Source: an uncultured Alphaproteobacteria bacterium (GTDB lineage Bacteria; Pseudomonadota; Alphaproteobacteria; Rs-D84). Taken from it: 32,000 nt of DNA. A program made the translations under genes and the position numbers. Where the stretch lies: positions 450,001 through 482,000 of the forward strand of contig OZ007020.1 of NCBI GenBank assembly GCA_963931495.1. Reading direction: 5' to 3'. Under the pieces are notes generated by a model. That model was not told the DNA's origin. It saw only the letters and a program-made list of their open reading frames with translations, and searched no databases. Shown in pieces: positions 15,250-24,200 of this stretch; the stretch's first letter is position 1; every line of letters begins with the position of its first letter.

Positions 15250-15440
15250 CTTTAACCCCCATTTTCGTAACAAAAAACCACCGGAAATAAATTCAAGTGG
15301 TTGGAGGTTAGCAACTATCAAATACAATAGTGTCGTTTATTCAATATATTCACGAACCCTCCAACCGCAAGGTTGGAGTATGCGTATTTGCGAGGTTGCT
15401 ACACCCCGTATCAGAAACTTTCTGATACGTTCGTATTATA
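15250..15440 (-). promoter_or_regulatory. structured 5' leader copy B, including a TATAAT -10 box
   Basis: On the - strand: TATAAT (15440-15435), seg1 CTCCAACC (15378-15371), seg2 GGTTGGAGG (15366-15358), seg3 CCTCCAACC (15307-15299), then the AACCAC/GTGGTT hairpin and T-run (15302-15272). The P2 loop GAATATATTGAATA is conserved, while the P2 and P3 stems differ from copy A but still pair. Confidence 0.5.
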
Positions 15441-15548
15441 GAATAATGTGGATTTTTTTTCCATAACAAAGTTTATAGACTTTGTTTTTCACCGGCCAGG
15501 TTGTATCCAGGCTGTATTTACATGCTTATATAACGTTATATTATAAAT

Positions 15549-15660
15549 TTGAAATCGCCGGCGGTTTTAATATTCATGCGACCATTCGGCGAAACCGATT
15601 GGGTTGCGCGTGTGTTTGCATATGAATACGATGGGCCGTCCGGTGCATGGCGCGCAGACG
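15549..15660 (+). pseudogene. possible recO N-terminal remnant
   Basis: The translation (TTG start in the ORF track) is MKSPAVLIFMRPFGETDWVARVFAYEYDGPSGAWRA. It aligns with RecO residues 1-39 from 6738 (MKLESSGILISLRPFGERDCVAHIFTSGYGVMCGMMRGA), sharing the block (L/M)RPFGE.D.VA..F. The similarity stops after about 36 codons, where the sequence runs into the 3' end of pgk. Confidence 0.3.
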
Positions 15661-15665
15661 TGATT

Positions 15666-16835
15666 TTACGAATCGCACAATACGGCAATGCCGGGCAGGG
15701 TTCGGCCTTCTATGAATTCCAAGAATGCGCCGCCGCCGGTGGACACGTATGTTATGTCGTCTTTGACGCCACATGCGGTTAATGCCGCAACAGTATCCCC
15801 GCCACCGACAATGCTTTCCAATTTTCCGGCGCGTGTTTGTTCGGCAATCGCATGCGCGATTGCAAATGAACCATACGACCATGTTGGTTGCCATTCTGCC
15901 ATGCCAACGGTGCCGTTCCATATCACGGTTGCCGCGTTGCGAATTTCTGAGACATCGCGTTCTGTCGTTGCGATGCCGGCATCAATAATTATATCGTCGT
16001 CAGCAATTTCGGTAAAATCTTTGTTTGTGCGCGGGGCATCGGGTTTGAATTCTTTGGATACCCCCTTGTCCAAGGGTAATAAAACTTCGCAATTATTTGC
16101 ACGGGCATATTCTAAAATTTCTAATGCGGTATTTTTCTGGTCGGCTTCGTACAAAGAATTACCGACCTTGCCACCGGTTGCATAGTTAAATGTTGTTCCC
16201 AATGCGCCGCCAATAATTAATTTATCAGACAGTCGTGCCAATGCGCGTAATACACCGATTTTTGTGGAAACTTTGCTGCCGGCGACAATAGATAACAGCG
16301 GACGGCGTGGATTTTCCATTACTGCAGACAAGTGTTCTATTTCCGACGCCAATAATTTTCCGGCATACGATGGTAAAATATTGGCGACACCAACAGTGCT
16401 GGCGTGCGCACGATGGGATACCGCGAATGCGTCGTTTACAAAAATGTCAAATCCAGTGGCCAATTGCTGGGCAAATGCCGGGTCATTTTGTTCTTCGCCT
16501 GGGTAAAATCGTACATTTTCCAGTAATACAACATCACCGTCGCGCATGGTTTTCATGAATTCTTTGTCCAGACAATCGGGAATCAATGGAATGCCCATGT
16601 ATTCAGCAACCGGTGCCAGTGTGTATGCCATGTTGCGCGTACCCTTTGGCCGGCCCAGATGGGCGCAAATCGCAATTCGGGCACCCGCCGCACGCAGGGC
16701 GGATATTGTTGGCATGCTCTGGTCAATTCGGAACGCGTCTGTAATTACGCCATCAACAATTTGTACGTTAAAATCATCGCGCAGTAAAATATATTTGCCA
16801 TGTACATCCAGTTTATCAATTGTGCGTAGATTCAT
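15666..16835 (-). CDS. pgk: phosphoglycerate kinase
   Basis: MNLRTIDKLDVHGKYILLRDDFNVQI...RIDQSMPTISALRAAGARIAICAHLGRPKG and ...YVSTGGGAFLEFIEGRTLPGIAVL are canonical PGK N- and C-terminal motifs. Confidence 0.95.
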   Translation of the reverse strand: MNLRTIDKLDVHGKYILLRDDFNVQIVDGVITDAFRIDQSMPTISALRAAGARIAICAHLGRPKGTRNMAYTLAPVAEYMGIPLIPDCLDKEFMKTMRDGDVVLLENVRFYPGEEQNDPAFAQQLATGFDIFVNDAFAVSHRAHASTVGVANILPSYAGKLLASEIEHLSAVMENPRRPLLSIVAGSKVSTKIGVLRALARLSDKLIIGGALGTTFNYATGGKVGNSLYEADQKNTALEILEYARANNCEVLLPLDKGVSKEFKPDAPRTNKDFTEIADDDIIIDAGIATTERDVSEIRNAATVIWNGTVGMAEWQPTWSYGSFAIAHAIAEQTRAGKLESIVGGGDTVAALTACGVKDDITYVSTGGGAFLEFIEGRTLPGIAVLCDS

Positions 16836-17460
16836 CTTTCGTCATCCTTTCTTTCACAGGTTTATAACTTTTACGATAATGTTCGTTTATACCATATTTT
16901 TCAATTGCGTGCAAATGTTCCGCAGTGGGATATCCGGCATTTTTATCCCAACCGTACATCGGGAACTGTGTCGCCAAATCTTGCATGATTTTGTCGCGTG
17001 TTTCTTTGGCAATAATGGACGCGGCGGCAATTGATATTGATTTTGCATCACCCTTGACAATCGGAATACCAATTATATTATGCGGCAATTTGTTCCCGTC
17101 AATTAAGCAAAACTGGGGCGTGCAAGTTAATTTTGTAACAGCACGCGACATCGCCAACATAGACGCATGTAAAATGTTTAATTCGTCTATCTCGGTCGGG
17201 CTGCATTGCGCCACCGCCCATATTGTGTTTTGTGTTATCCAATCATACGCCACCGCGCGTGCATGCGCCGTCATTTGCTTGGAATCGCGAATTACAACAG
17301 GAATGTCAATATCGCGCCGTGGGAAAATAACCGCCGCCGCAACCACAGGCCCACACAGGGGGCCACGACCGACCTCATCCACGCCGGCAACCATGGTAAA
17401 TCCAGTTTCGTTTTCAATTTCAAATGTGGGCGTTGCTTTCATTGCGATTAAATCCATCAA
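16816..17460 (-). CDS. rnhB: ribonuclease HII
   Basis: VAGVDEVGRGPLCGPVVAAAVI is the RNase HII active-site motif. The 3' end overlaps the pgk start by 20 nt. The start is uncertain (ATG 17460, 17457 or 17442). Confidence 0.9.
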   Translation of the reverse strand: MMDLIAMKATPTFEIENETGFTMVAGVDEVGRGPLCGPVVAAAVIFPRRDIDIPVVIRDSKQMTAHARAVAYDWITQNTIWAVAQCSPTEIDELNILHASMLAMSRAVTKLTCTPQFCLIDGNKLPHNIIGIPIVKGDAKSISIAAASIIAKETRDKIMQDLATQFPMYGWDKNAGYPTAEHLHAIEKYGINEHYRKSYKPVKERMTKDESTHN

Positions 17461-17626
17461 CTGGTACTTTTGGTTTAAGATACCTGTTTATTGTTCTGTG
17501 ACACGACATACTCATGATGCTATTCTAATAAAATAGGTATAAAAATAAATACAAAAATTTATGAACCAGATATTTTGGCATTAAAGCAATGTACGATGAT
17601 TTTATGATTTCTGCTGTATATTAAAA

Positions 17627-19357
17627 TTAAATCGCCATGCGATTCGCAATTTGTTGCTGGACATATTCGTCTTCGCTGTTATACAGGGGCCATTCCCCAT
17701 CAGCCAAATCACGCAGTGCGGTTAATGGTTGATCCAGACGCGCCCGGTACAGCCACAAATTTGACATGACACGTTTTATATAACTGCGCGTTTCATATAC
17801 AGGAAAACTTTCTATGTATAACAATGGATCGTGCGTAGAAAACATTTTTTCAAAACTGACCAATGTGCCCATGCCGGCATTGTACGCGACCAGCATTTTT
17901 ATTATGTTGTTGTTGATGTTCGGATGTGCCAATAAATCAACAATATACTGTTGCCCCAAGAACATGTTATGTTCCGGATTCAACATGTCTATGTCGGACA
18001 TATCAACTTTGTTTTCGCGGGCAACACGTTTGGCGGTACTGGGCATAATTTGCATCAGACCATTTGCGCCCGCCCCAGATTTTGCATTTGTTTTGAATCC
18101 GCTTTCTTGTTTTGTGATGGCCAATAATAATGCACGATCAATTGACCATCCGCCCATTGGTTCCCAATCTGGCAATGGATACTGGGCGGAATAAATAATA
18201 TTGTCGTCAATTTCCAGAATACCACGATCCTGGACCAGGCCAGATGCCTGGATTGACACGCGCGGCAAACCGTATGCAGTTGCCACAGAGTTTATTGCAT
18301 GCAATGTGCGGTCGGTAACCTTGGGCGTAATCATGTATTTCAAATATATTTCGGCGCGATCTTTTTGCCCAACCTGTAACAGTGCCAACGCACGTTTGCC
18401 GTATTTTGATTCGCGCAGTACATCAATGTCGTCATCGGTACAGTCTTGTTCAAAAAATTCGTATCGTGGCGTCCGCCCCAACATCACGGACGACAATGCG
18501 CCATAAAACGACATCGGGTGTGCAGATGCAATTTTCCAGTATTTTTTTGCTGTACTGCGATTATCATTCATGTCGGCGGCACGGCCCGCCCAGAATGCCG
18601 CTTCGGTCTTGCGGGCCGCATTTATTTGTTCCAGTTGCAATATTTGGCTGAAATATTTTTCGCTTTCGTCAAATTTTTCTTCTTTGAAATACAACAACCC
18701 CATTGACCACAGGCCGTATTCTGACTTTGCGTCAGATGCGACAAATCCCCATTTTTTCGCCAGTTCATATTCGCCATTTGTATAATACAAGAATGACAAT
18801 CGGCCCGCCAAGCGCCCATAATCCGATTCGGTTAATTTTCGTTTGAATGATGAATCTTCCAGTATTAAACGGGCGCGTTTTGTTTGGCCGCTGCGTATTG
18901 CGCGCTTGAACTGTGTGATTTTTGTATTTGTGTCACCGCTGTATTTTTTTGCCGTCCATGTTTCAGACTGGGGCGTTTCAATTGATGCGCCCCCAGTGAT
19001 TGTTCGTGGAATATATGCACTGCGTACAGTGGCCTGTTTGATTTTGGCCAGTTTTACCATGCGATCGGCCCCAGGCATGTCGTAATAGTTATTCATCCAA
19101 GAAACCAGTTCTTTGCCACGGGTACGGTATGTTTTGGATATAAAACGCTGGTATAAAACTTCGTTCATCAGCAACGGGTCATTCAATTGTTCTTGCAGTT
19201 TTTGGGCCGCGCTGATTTCTTCTTCGCTTTGTAATAAAAAGATTTGTTTATATAAACTGGCGTCAGAATCAGATAATACATCAATCGTCGGCAGGTCGGC
19301 CGCCATCGCCGCCACCGGCAAAAAGATTGCTATTAAAAATGTGAAAATTTTTTTCAT
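17627..19357 (-). CDS. soluble lytic murein transglycosylase (Slt70-like)
   Basis: The signal peptide is MKKIFTFLIAIFLPVAAMA. A long helical-repeat N-terminal region is followed by a C-terminal SLT domain, ITKQESGFKTNAKSGAGANGLMQIMPSTAKRVA, which fits the ES...S.AGA.GLMQ..P.TA motif. Confidence 0.85.
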   Translation of the reverse strand: MKKIFTFLIAIFLPVAAMAADLPTIDVLSDSDASLYKQIFLLQSEEEISAAQKLQEQLNDPLLMNEVLYQRFISKTYRTRGKELVSWMNNYYDMPGADRMVKLAKIKQATVRSAYIPRTITGGASIETPQSETWTAKKYSGDTNTKITQFKRAIRSGQTKRARLILEDSSFKRKLTESDYGRLAGRLSFLYYTNGEYELAKKWGFVASDAKSEYGLWSMGLLYFKEEKFDESEKYFSQILQLEQINAARKTEAAFWAGRAADMNDNRSTAKKYWKIASAHPMSFYGALSSVMLGRTPRYEFFEQDCTDDDIDVLRESKYGKRALALLQVGQKDRAEIYLKYMITPKVTDRTLHAINSVATAYGLPRVSIQASGLVQDRGILEIDDNIIYSAQYPLPDWEPMGGWSIDRALLLAITKQESGFKTNAKSGAGANGLMQIMPSTAKRVARENKVDMSDIDMLNPEHNMFLGQQYIVDLLAHPNINNNIIKMLVAYNAGMGTLVSFEKMFSTHDPLLYIESFPVYETRSYIKRVMSNLWLYRARLDQPLTALRDLADGEWPLYNSEDEYVQQQIANRMAI

Positions 19358-19360
19358 AAG

Positions 19361-19861
19361 TCAGAATAACGATGTCTTGGGCAGTTCGCATACCACCGCA
19401 CCATCATCAGCCTCTGGGATTTGTTCAATTATTTTTTTGAAATCCGATATACGTGAAAATTTGCGATACACAGATACAAATCGCACAAATGCAATCGGAT
19501 CCAGATTCAACAATGAATCAGACACCATTTGACCAACCATTGCGCTGGTTATCGTATCATCGGCGGTTTCTGTTTCAAGACGACGATGGATGGACGTGAC
19601 CAATTTTTCAATCTGTTCGTCACCAACATCGCGATTGCGACACGCCAATTTTATACTGCGCGTTAATTTTTCGCGGTCAAAAGGTTCCAATTTTCCACTG
19701 TTTTTGCGAACCATCAGGTCACGCATCTGGACGCGTTCAACCGTTGTGAATTTCGCGCCACACTGGTTGCAAACACGCCGACGCCGGATTATAGCGTCTT
19801 CGGTATCGGGTCTGGAATCCGTAACCCGACTGTCAGTAGAATTACAATACGGACATCTCAT
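19361..19861 (-). CDS. nrdR: transcriptional repressor NrdR
   Basis: The start is moved to ATG 19861. MRCPYCNSTDSRVTDSR...RRRRVCNQCGAKFTTVERV is the Zn ribbon. It is followed by an ATP-cone (KNSGKLEPFDREKLTRSI...). Confidence 0.92.
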   Translation of the reverse strand: MRCPYCNSTDSRVTDSRPDTEDAIIRRRRVCNQCGAKFTTVERVQMRDLMVRKNSGKLEPFDREKLTRSIKLACRNRDVGDEQIEKLVTSIHRRLETETADDTITSAMVGQMVSDSLLNLDPIAFVRFVSVYRKFSRISDFKKIIEQIPEADDGAVVCELPKTSLF

Positions 19862-20045
19862 ATCGGTATACAGTAGCAATGAAATCCGCAACTGTAAAGC
19901 AGAATTTATATTTGGCCCATTGGGTGACCAAAAAGTGCTTTTTTATAAAAATCAAGAACTTTATTTATCGGGATATGGTGCAGGGCGACTTTTTAACGTA
20001 TGCGATTTATGGTAAAATATGTATTACATAGGGCCAGACGGAGAG

Positions 20046-21146
20046 ATGGAAAAATACCTGAACCAGATTTTTGCCGGGGATTGTGTGGACGTTATGCGCG
20101 GCATCCCAGATGCGTCGGTTGATGCCGTGTTCGCAGATGCGCCATATAATCTGCAATTGGGGGAAAAAACATTGTATCGGCCCGAAGATCAAACAGCTGC
20201 CCGTGCGGTCCGCGATGCATGGGACAGTTTTGACAGCCCAGCGGCCTATGATGAATTTACACGTGCGTGGATGACCGAATGTCGCCGTGTGTTAAAGCCT
20301 GATGGGGCAATGTGGGTTATCGGCAGTTATCATAATATTTTCCGTGTTGGTGCCATTTTACAAGATCTGGGATTCTGGATTTTGAATGATATTGTATGGG
20401 TCAAGACCAATCCAATGCCGAATTTTCGCGGTACGCGTTTTACAAATGCGCACGAAACGCTGATCTGGGCAACGCCGCGTAAAACAGGCAAGTATACGTT
20501 TAATTATGAAACAATGAAAAAGTTAAATGGTGGCAAACAGATGCGTTCTGATTGGGATATTAATATATGTCTGGGCGAAGAACGCGTCAAAGATGCAAAT
20601 GGTAAAAGTTTGCATAATACGCAAAAGCCGATGGATTTGTTGCGCCGTGTGATTTTGTCTTCTACAAAGCAGGGTGATGTTATTCTGGACCCGTTTATGG
20701 GCAGTGGCACCACCGCCGCCGCGGCCAAAGAATTGGGGCGTAATTTTATAGGTATAGAACGCGAAGAATCATACGTCGCGGCGGCGCGGACCCGTGTTGA
20801 TGCGGTGCGTGCGGTGGATTTGTCGGATATAGAGGTTGCAATCCCGAAGCGTGCGGAAATTCGTGTGGCGTTCAAGGAACTGATTGATGCAGGACTGTTG
20901 TATGTTGGCCAGACGTTGGTCAGTCCGCGCGGCGAACGCGTCATGATTACGCGTGACGGACAATTGGCACATTCACTGCATGGCAAGGCGTCAATTCATG
21001 TTATGGCGGCGCGTTTGCAACATTGTGTCAGTTTTAATGGATGGGACTATTGGTCCGCGGAAAAGCGCGATGGGTCATTGGTGCCGATTGACGAATTGCG
21101 CAAATATCTGCGTGGAATAAAGCGTGATATAAAGCAGGCGGCGTAA
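20046..21146 (+). CDS. ccrM: CcrM-family N6-adenine DNA methyltransferase (beta class; GANTC specificity inferred by homology)
   Basis: Collinear with Caulobacter CcrM over the full length. Shared blocks include ...NLQLG..., WVIGSYHNIFRVGAILQDLGFWILNDIVW.K.NPMPNF.GTRF.NAHETLIWA, QMRSDW, HPTQKP-like HNTQKP, and VILDPFMGSGTTAAAAKELGRNFIGIERE. The CcrM-specific C-terminal domain is also present. ATG 20019 is an alternative start. Confidence 0.92.
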   Translation: MEKYLNQIFAGDCVDVMRGIPDASVDAVFADAPYNLQLGEKTLYRPEDQTAARAVRDAWDSFDSPAAYDEFTRAWMTECRRVLKPDGAMWVIGSYHNIFRVGAILQDLGFWILNDIVWVKTNPMPNFRGTRFTNAHETLIWATPRKTGKYTFNYETMKKLNGGKQMRSDWDINICLGEERVKDANGKSLHNTQKPMDLLRRVILSSTKQGDVILDPFMGSGTTAAAAKELGRNFIGIEREESYVAAARTRVDAVRAVDLSDIEVAIPKRAEIRVAFKELIDAGLLYVGQTLVSPRGERVMITRDGQLAHSLHGKASIHVMAARLQHCVSFNGWDYWSAEKRDGSLVPIDELRKYLRGIKRDIKQAA

Positions 21147-21192
21147 TATAATAATATGATGATGTTGAAAATTGTGGGCGCCAAAAAATCAC

Positions 21193-21221
21193 TTGTAAAA
21201 AGGTGAAAAAATCCATATACT
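21193..21221 (+). promoter_or_regulatory. sigma70-like promoter candidate for the giant repeat protein
   Basis: TTGTAA (21193-21198), a 17-nt spacer, then TATACT (21216-21221). A GGAGGG SD at 21282-21287 precedes ATG 21294. Confidence 0.4.
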
Positions 21222-21293
21222 GCAAGGGACGCAGGGCAAAAAACGTGCCGAATCTAAAGGAACGGTTAGTCACGACGATATCGGAGGGACACA

Positions 21294-24200
21294 ATGTCGC
21301 AGATTTTCGGGATTTTTAGAAATAGAAATATTGCTAAAATAACCGTTTACTTTTTTTTCTCTTTACTACTTTTGCTGTGCATTGTGCCTGATGGTTATGG
21401 GGCGGGTTATACATGCTCTGCGTCGTCCAAGAAATATACATCGTGCAAATCCGGGTATTACTTAAATGGTACCGGTGCCGGTAACAGTTGTTCAACATGC
21501 AGCAGTCTGGGTTATACATCATCTGCGAATGGTAATTCCAACGGTGCGGCGGCGTGTTATAAATCATGCACCAAAGCCTGTACGCGACAGACATGTCCAT
21601 CGTCAGCATACAGTTGCAGTCATGGCAGCACATCAACATCTGGGACACAGTATTATGGTGGTTCGTGCAGTGCCCCATCTTCAACATGTTCATTGACGAT
21701 AAACAGTTGCAAATCGGGATATTATAAGAACGGCAACAGCTGTGCAACATGCAGCAGTTTGGGTTATACGTCATCTGCGAATGGTAATTCCAACGGTGCG
21801 GCGGCGTGTTATAAATCATGTACCCGTGCGTGTACGCGACAAACATGTCCGTCAAATGCGACCTGTACCCATGGCAGTACATCAACCAGTGGTACCCAAT
21901 ATTACGGTGGTTCGTGCAGTGCGGCGTCATCCACATGTTCAATCAGCATATCTTGTAACTCAGGATATTACAAAAGCGGCAGCAGCTGTCCGGCCTGTAC
22001 GAGTGTCAGTGCGACGGACTTATCACAATCATGTTCACGCAATCCAACCAGCACGGAATTAAGTAACGCACATGCATACGCAGGTACAATCAGTGGTGCG
22101 AAGCAACAGTGTACTGGTAAACATACCGGTGGTGCGGGCGGAACAGCTGGCTCTGGGTCGTGCACCGGGTGCAGCAGTTGGGGTACATGCAGTGGCGGCA
22201 CATTAACCATTACATCATGTTCGGCGGGATATTATAAAGATGGTAATAGTTGCAAATCCTGTCCATCGGGGTATACATCTGCGAACGGTACAACGGGTGG
22301 CATTGGTTCGTGTTATATTAATGTATCTGCGGGTAATTATATTAAGGCAGCAAACAGTTCAACACAATCAACGTGTACGGCGGGGTATTGGAATCCGGCA
22401 CATACCGTGTACTATGGCAACACGTCTAGTTGTAATAAGTGCACAGGCACAACATATTCAGATACTGATGGCGCCAGCAGTTGCAAGCAATGCCCAACCG
22501 CAACAGAGTATGCCGACATAATAACAAGTTATTGGTATTGGTCAGAAGATGATATTCATGACACTATTGGTGGCTGTCGTGCCGAGTTTGATGAATCAGA
22601 TTCCAAGGGTTCGTACAATTACAGCTGTGCATATAAAAATGGTGATTATGGCGTTGCCGGTGGTGGTACCGGTACATGTATGGCGACGAAACCAAATTCT
22701 TGTGCTGCGACATATTATTGGCCGGGTGGAGATTCTAATATTTGGGCGGGCAATCGTGCGGAATTGTTAACGCAAATGTGTTCCAGTGTTGGCAAGGGAT
22801 ATTGGTCGGCGGCCGGTTCTTTGACCCGCAGCCAGTGTCCAGCGAACTATCGCGATGGCGCGGCGGCGGGCAGTCAGGCGGGTTGCAAGACCAGTTGTGC
22901 GGCCGGGACATATGTAAAGACAGCAAATGCAGCGTGTACATCTGTTGGCACGGGATATTACCGTGCTGCGCATACGGTAAGTTACGGCAGCACCAGTACC
23001 CGCAGCCAGTGTCCAGCGAACTATCGCGATGGCGCGGCGGCGGGCAGTCAGGCGGGTTGCAAGACCAGTTGTGCGGCGGGAACATACGTTGCGACAGCGA
23101 ATGCAGCGTGTACGTCGGTTGGTACGGGATATTATCGTGCGGCGCATACGGTAAGTTACGGCAGCACCAGTACCCGCAGCCAGTGTCCAGCGAACTATCG
23201 CGATGGCGCAGCGGCGGGCAGTCAAAATAACTGTATTGGTATATTTGAAAAAACAGGTGGCCAGAATAATCCGACCAAACCGACGGGTTGTGCAACGATG
23301 GAATACGCATCATCGTGTACACCGCCAACGTGTGAATATCAAAAGAACTATGCGGGTACTGTTGTTAAAGATTGTACGCCCGGGAATTGTACCAAGGCGA
23401 TAACAAAACTGACGGCAAATGCCGACAGATATGTGAATGGCACAACGTCTTGTCCGGCGTGCAGCAGTTACAGCAGTACGTACACCAAGTCAGATGGCGG
23501 CAGTATTACGTATAACTCTTGTTATATTACCAGAAGCAAGACGGGCAGCCAGGTTAACGGCAGTACGCCCAGTGGGTGTGCCAGTGTGACGGCATGGTAC
23601 GCATGTACGCCCGGCACGTGCACATACAAGGACTATTTGGGTCAGACTGGTGAAACATGCACGCCATCAAACTGTACTAAGTCGCCAAAGACGGTTACGG
23701 CAAAGGAGAATTACTATGTCAGTGGTGCAACATGTCCGGCGTGCAGCAGTTACAGCAGTACATACACCAAGTCAGATGGCGGCAGTATTACGTATAACTC
23801 TTGTTATATTACCAGAAGCAAGACGGGCAGCCAGGTTAACGGCAGTACGCCCAGTGGGTGTGCCAGTGTAACGGCGTGGAATGCATGTACGCCCGGCAAA
23901 TGTACGTACAAAGACTATTTGGGTCAGACAGGTGAAACCTGTACCCCATCAAACTGCACGAAAACGCCAAAGACAGTTAGGGCCAAAGAGAATTACTACG
24001 TCAGTGGTACGTCTTGTCCGGCATGCAGCAGTTACAGCAGTACATATACCAAGTCAGATGGTGGTTCAATAAGCAGTGCATATTGTTACCGAACAGCCAC
24101 CAAGACGGGCAGTCAGGTTAATGGCAGTACGCCCAGTGGGTGTGCCAGTGTAACGGCGTGGAATGCATGCACCCCCGGCACATGTACGTACAAGGACTAT

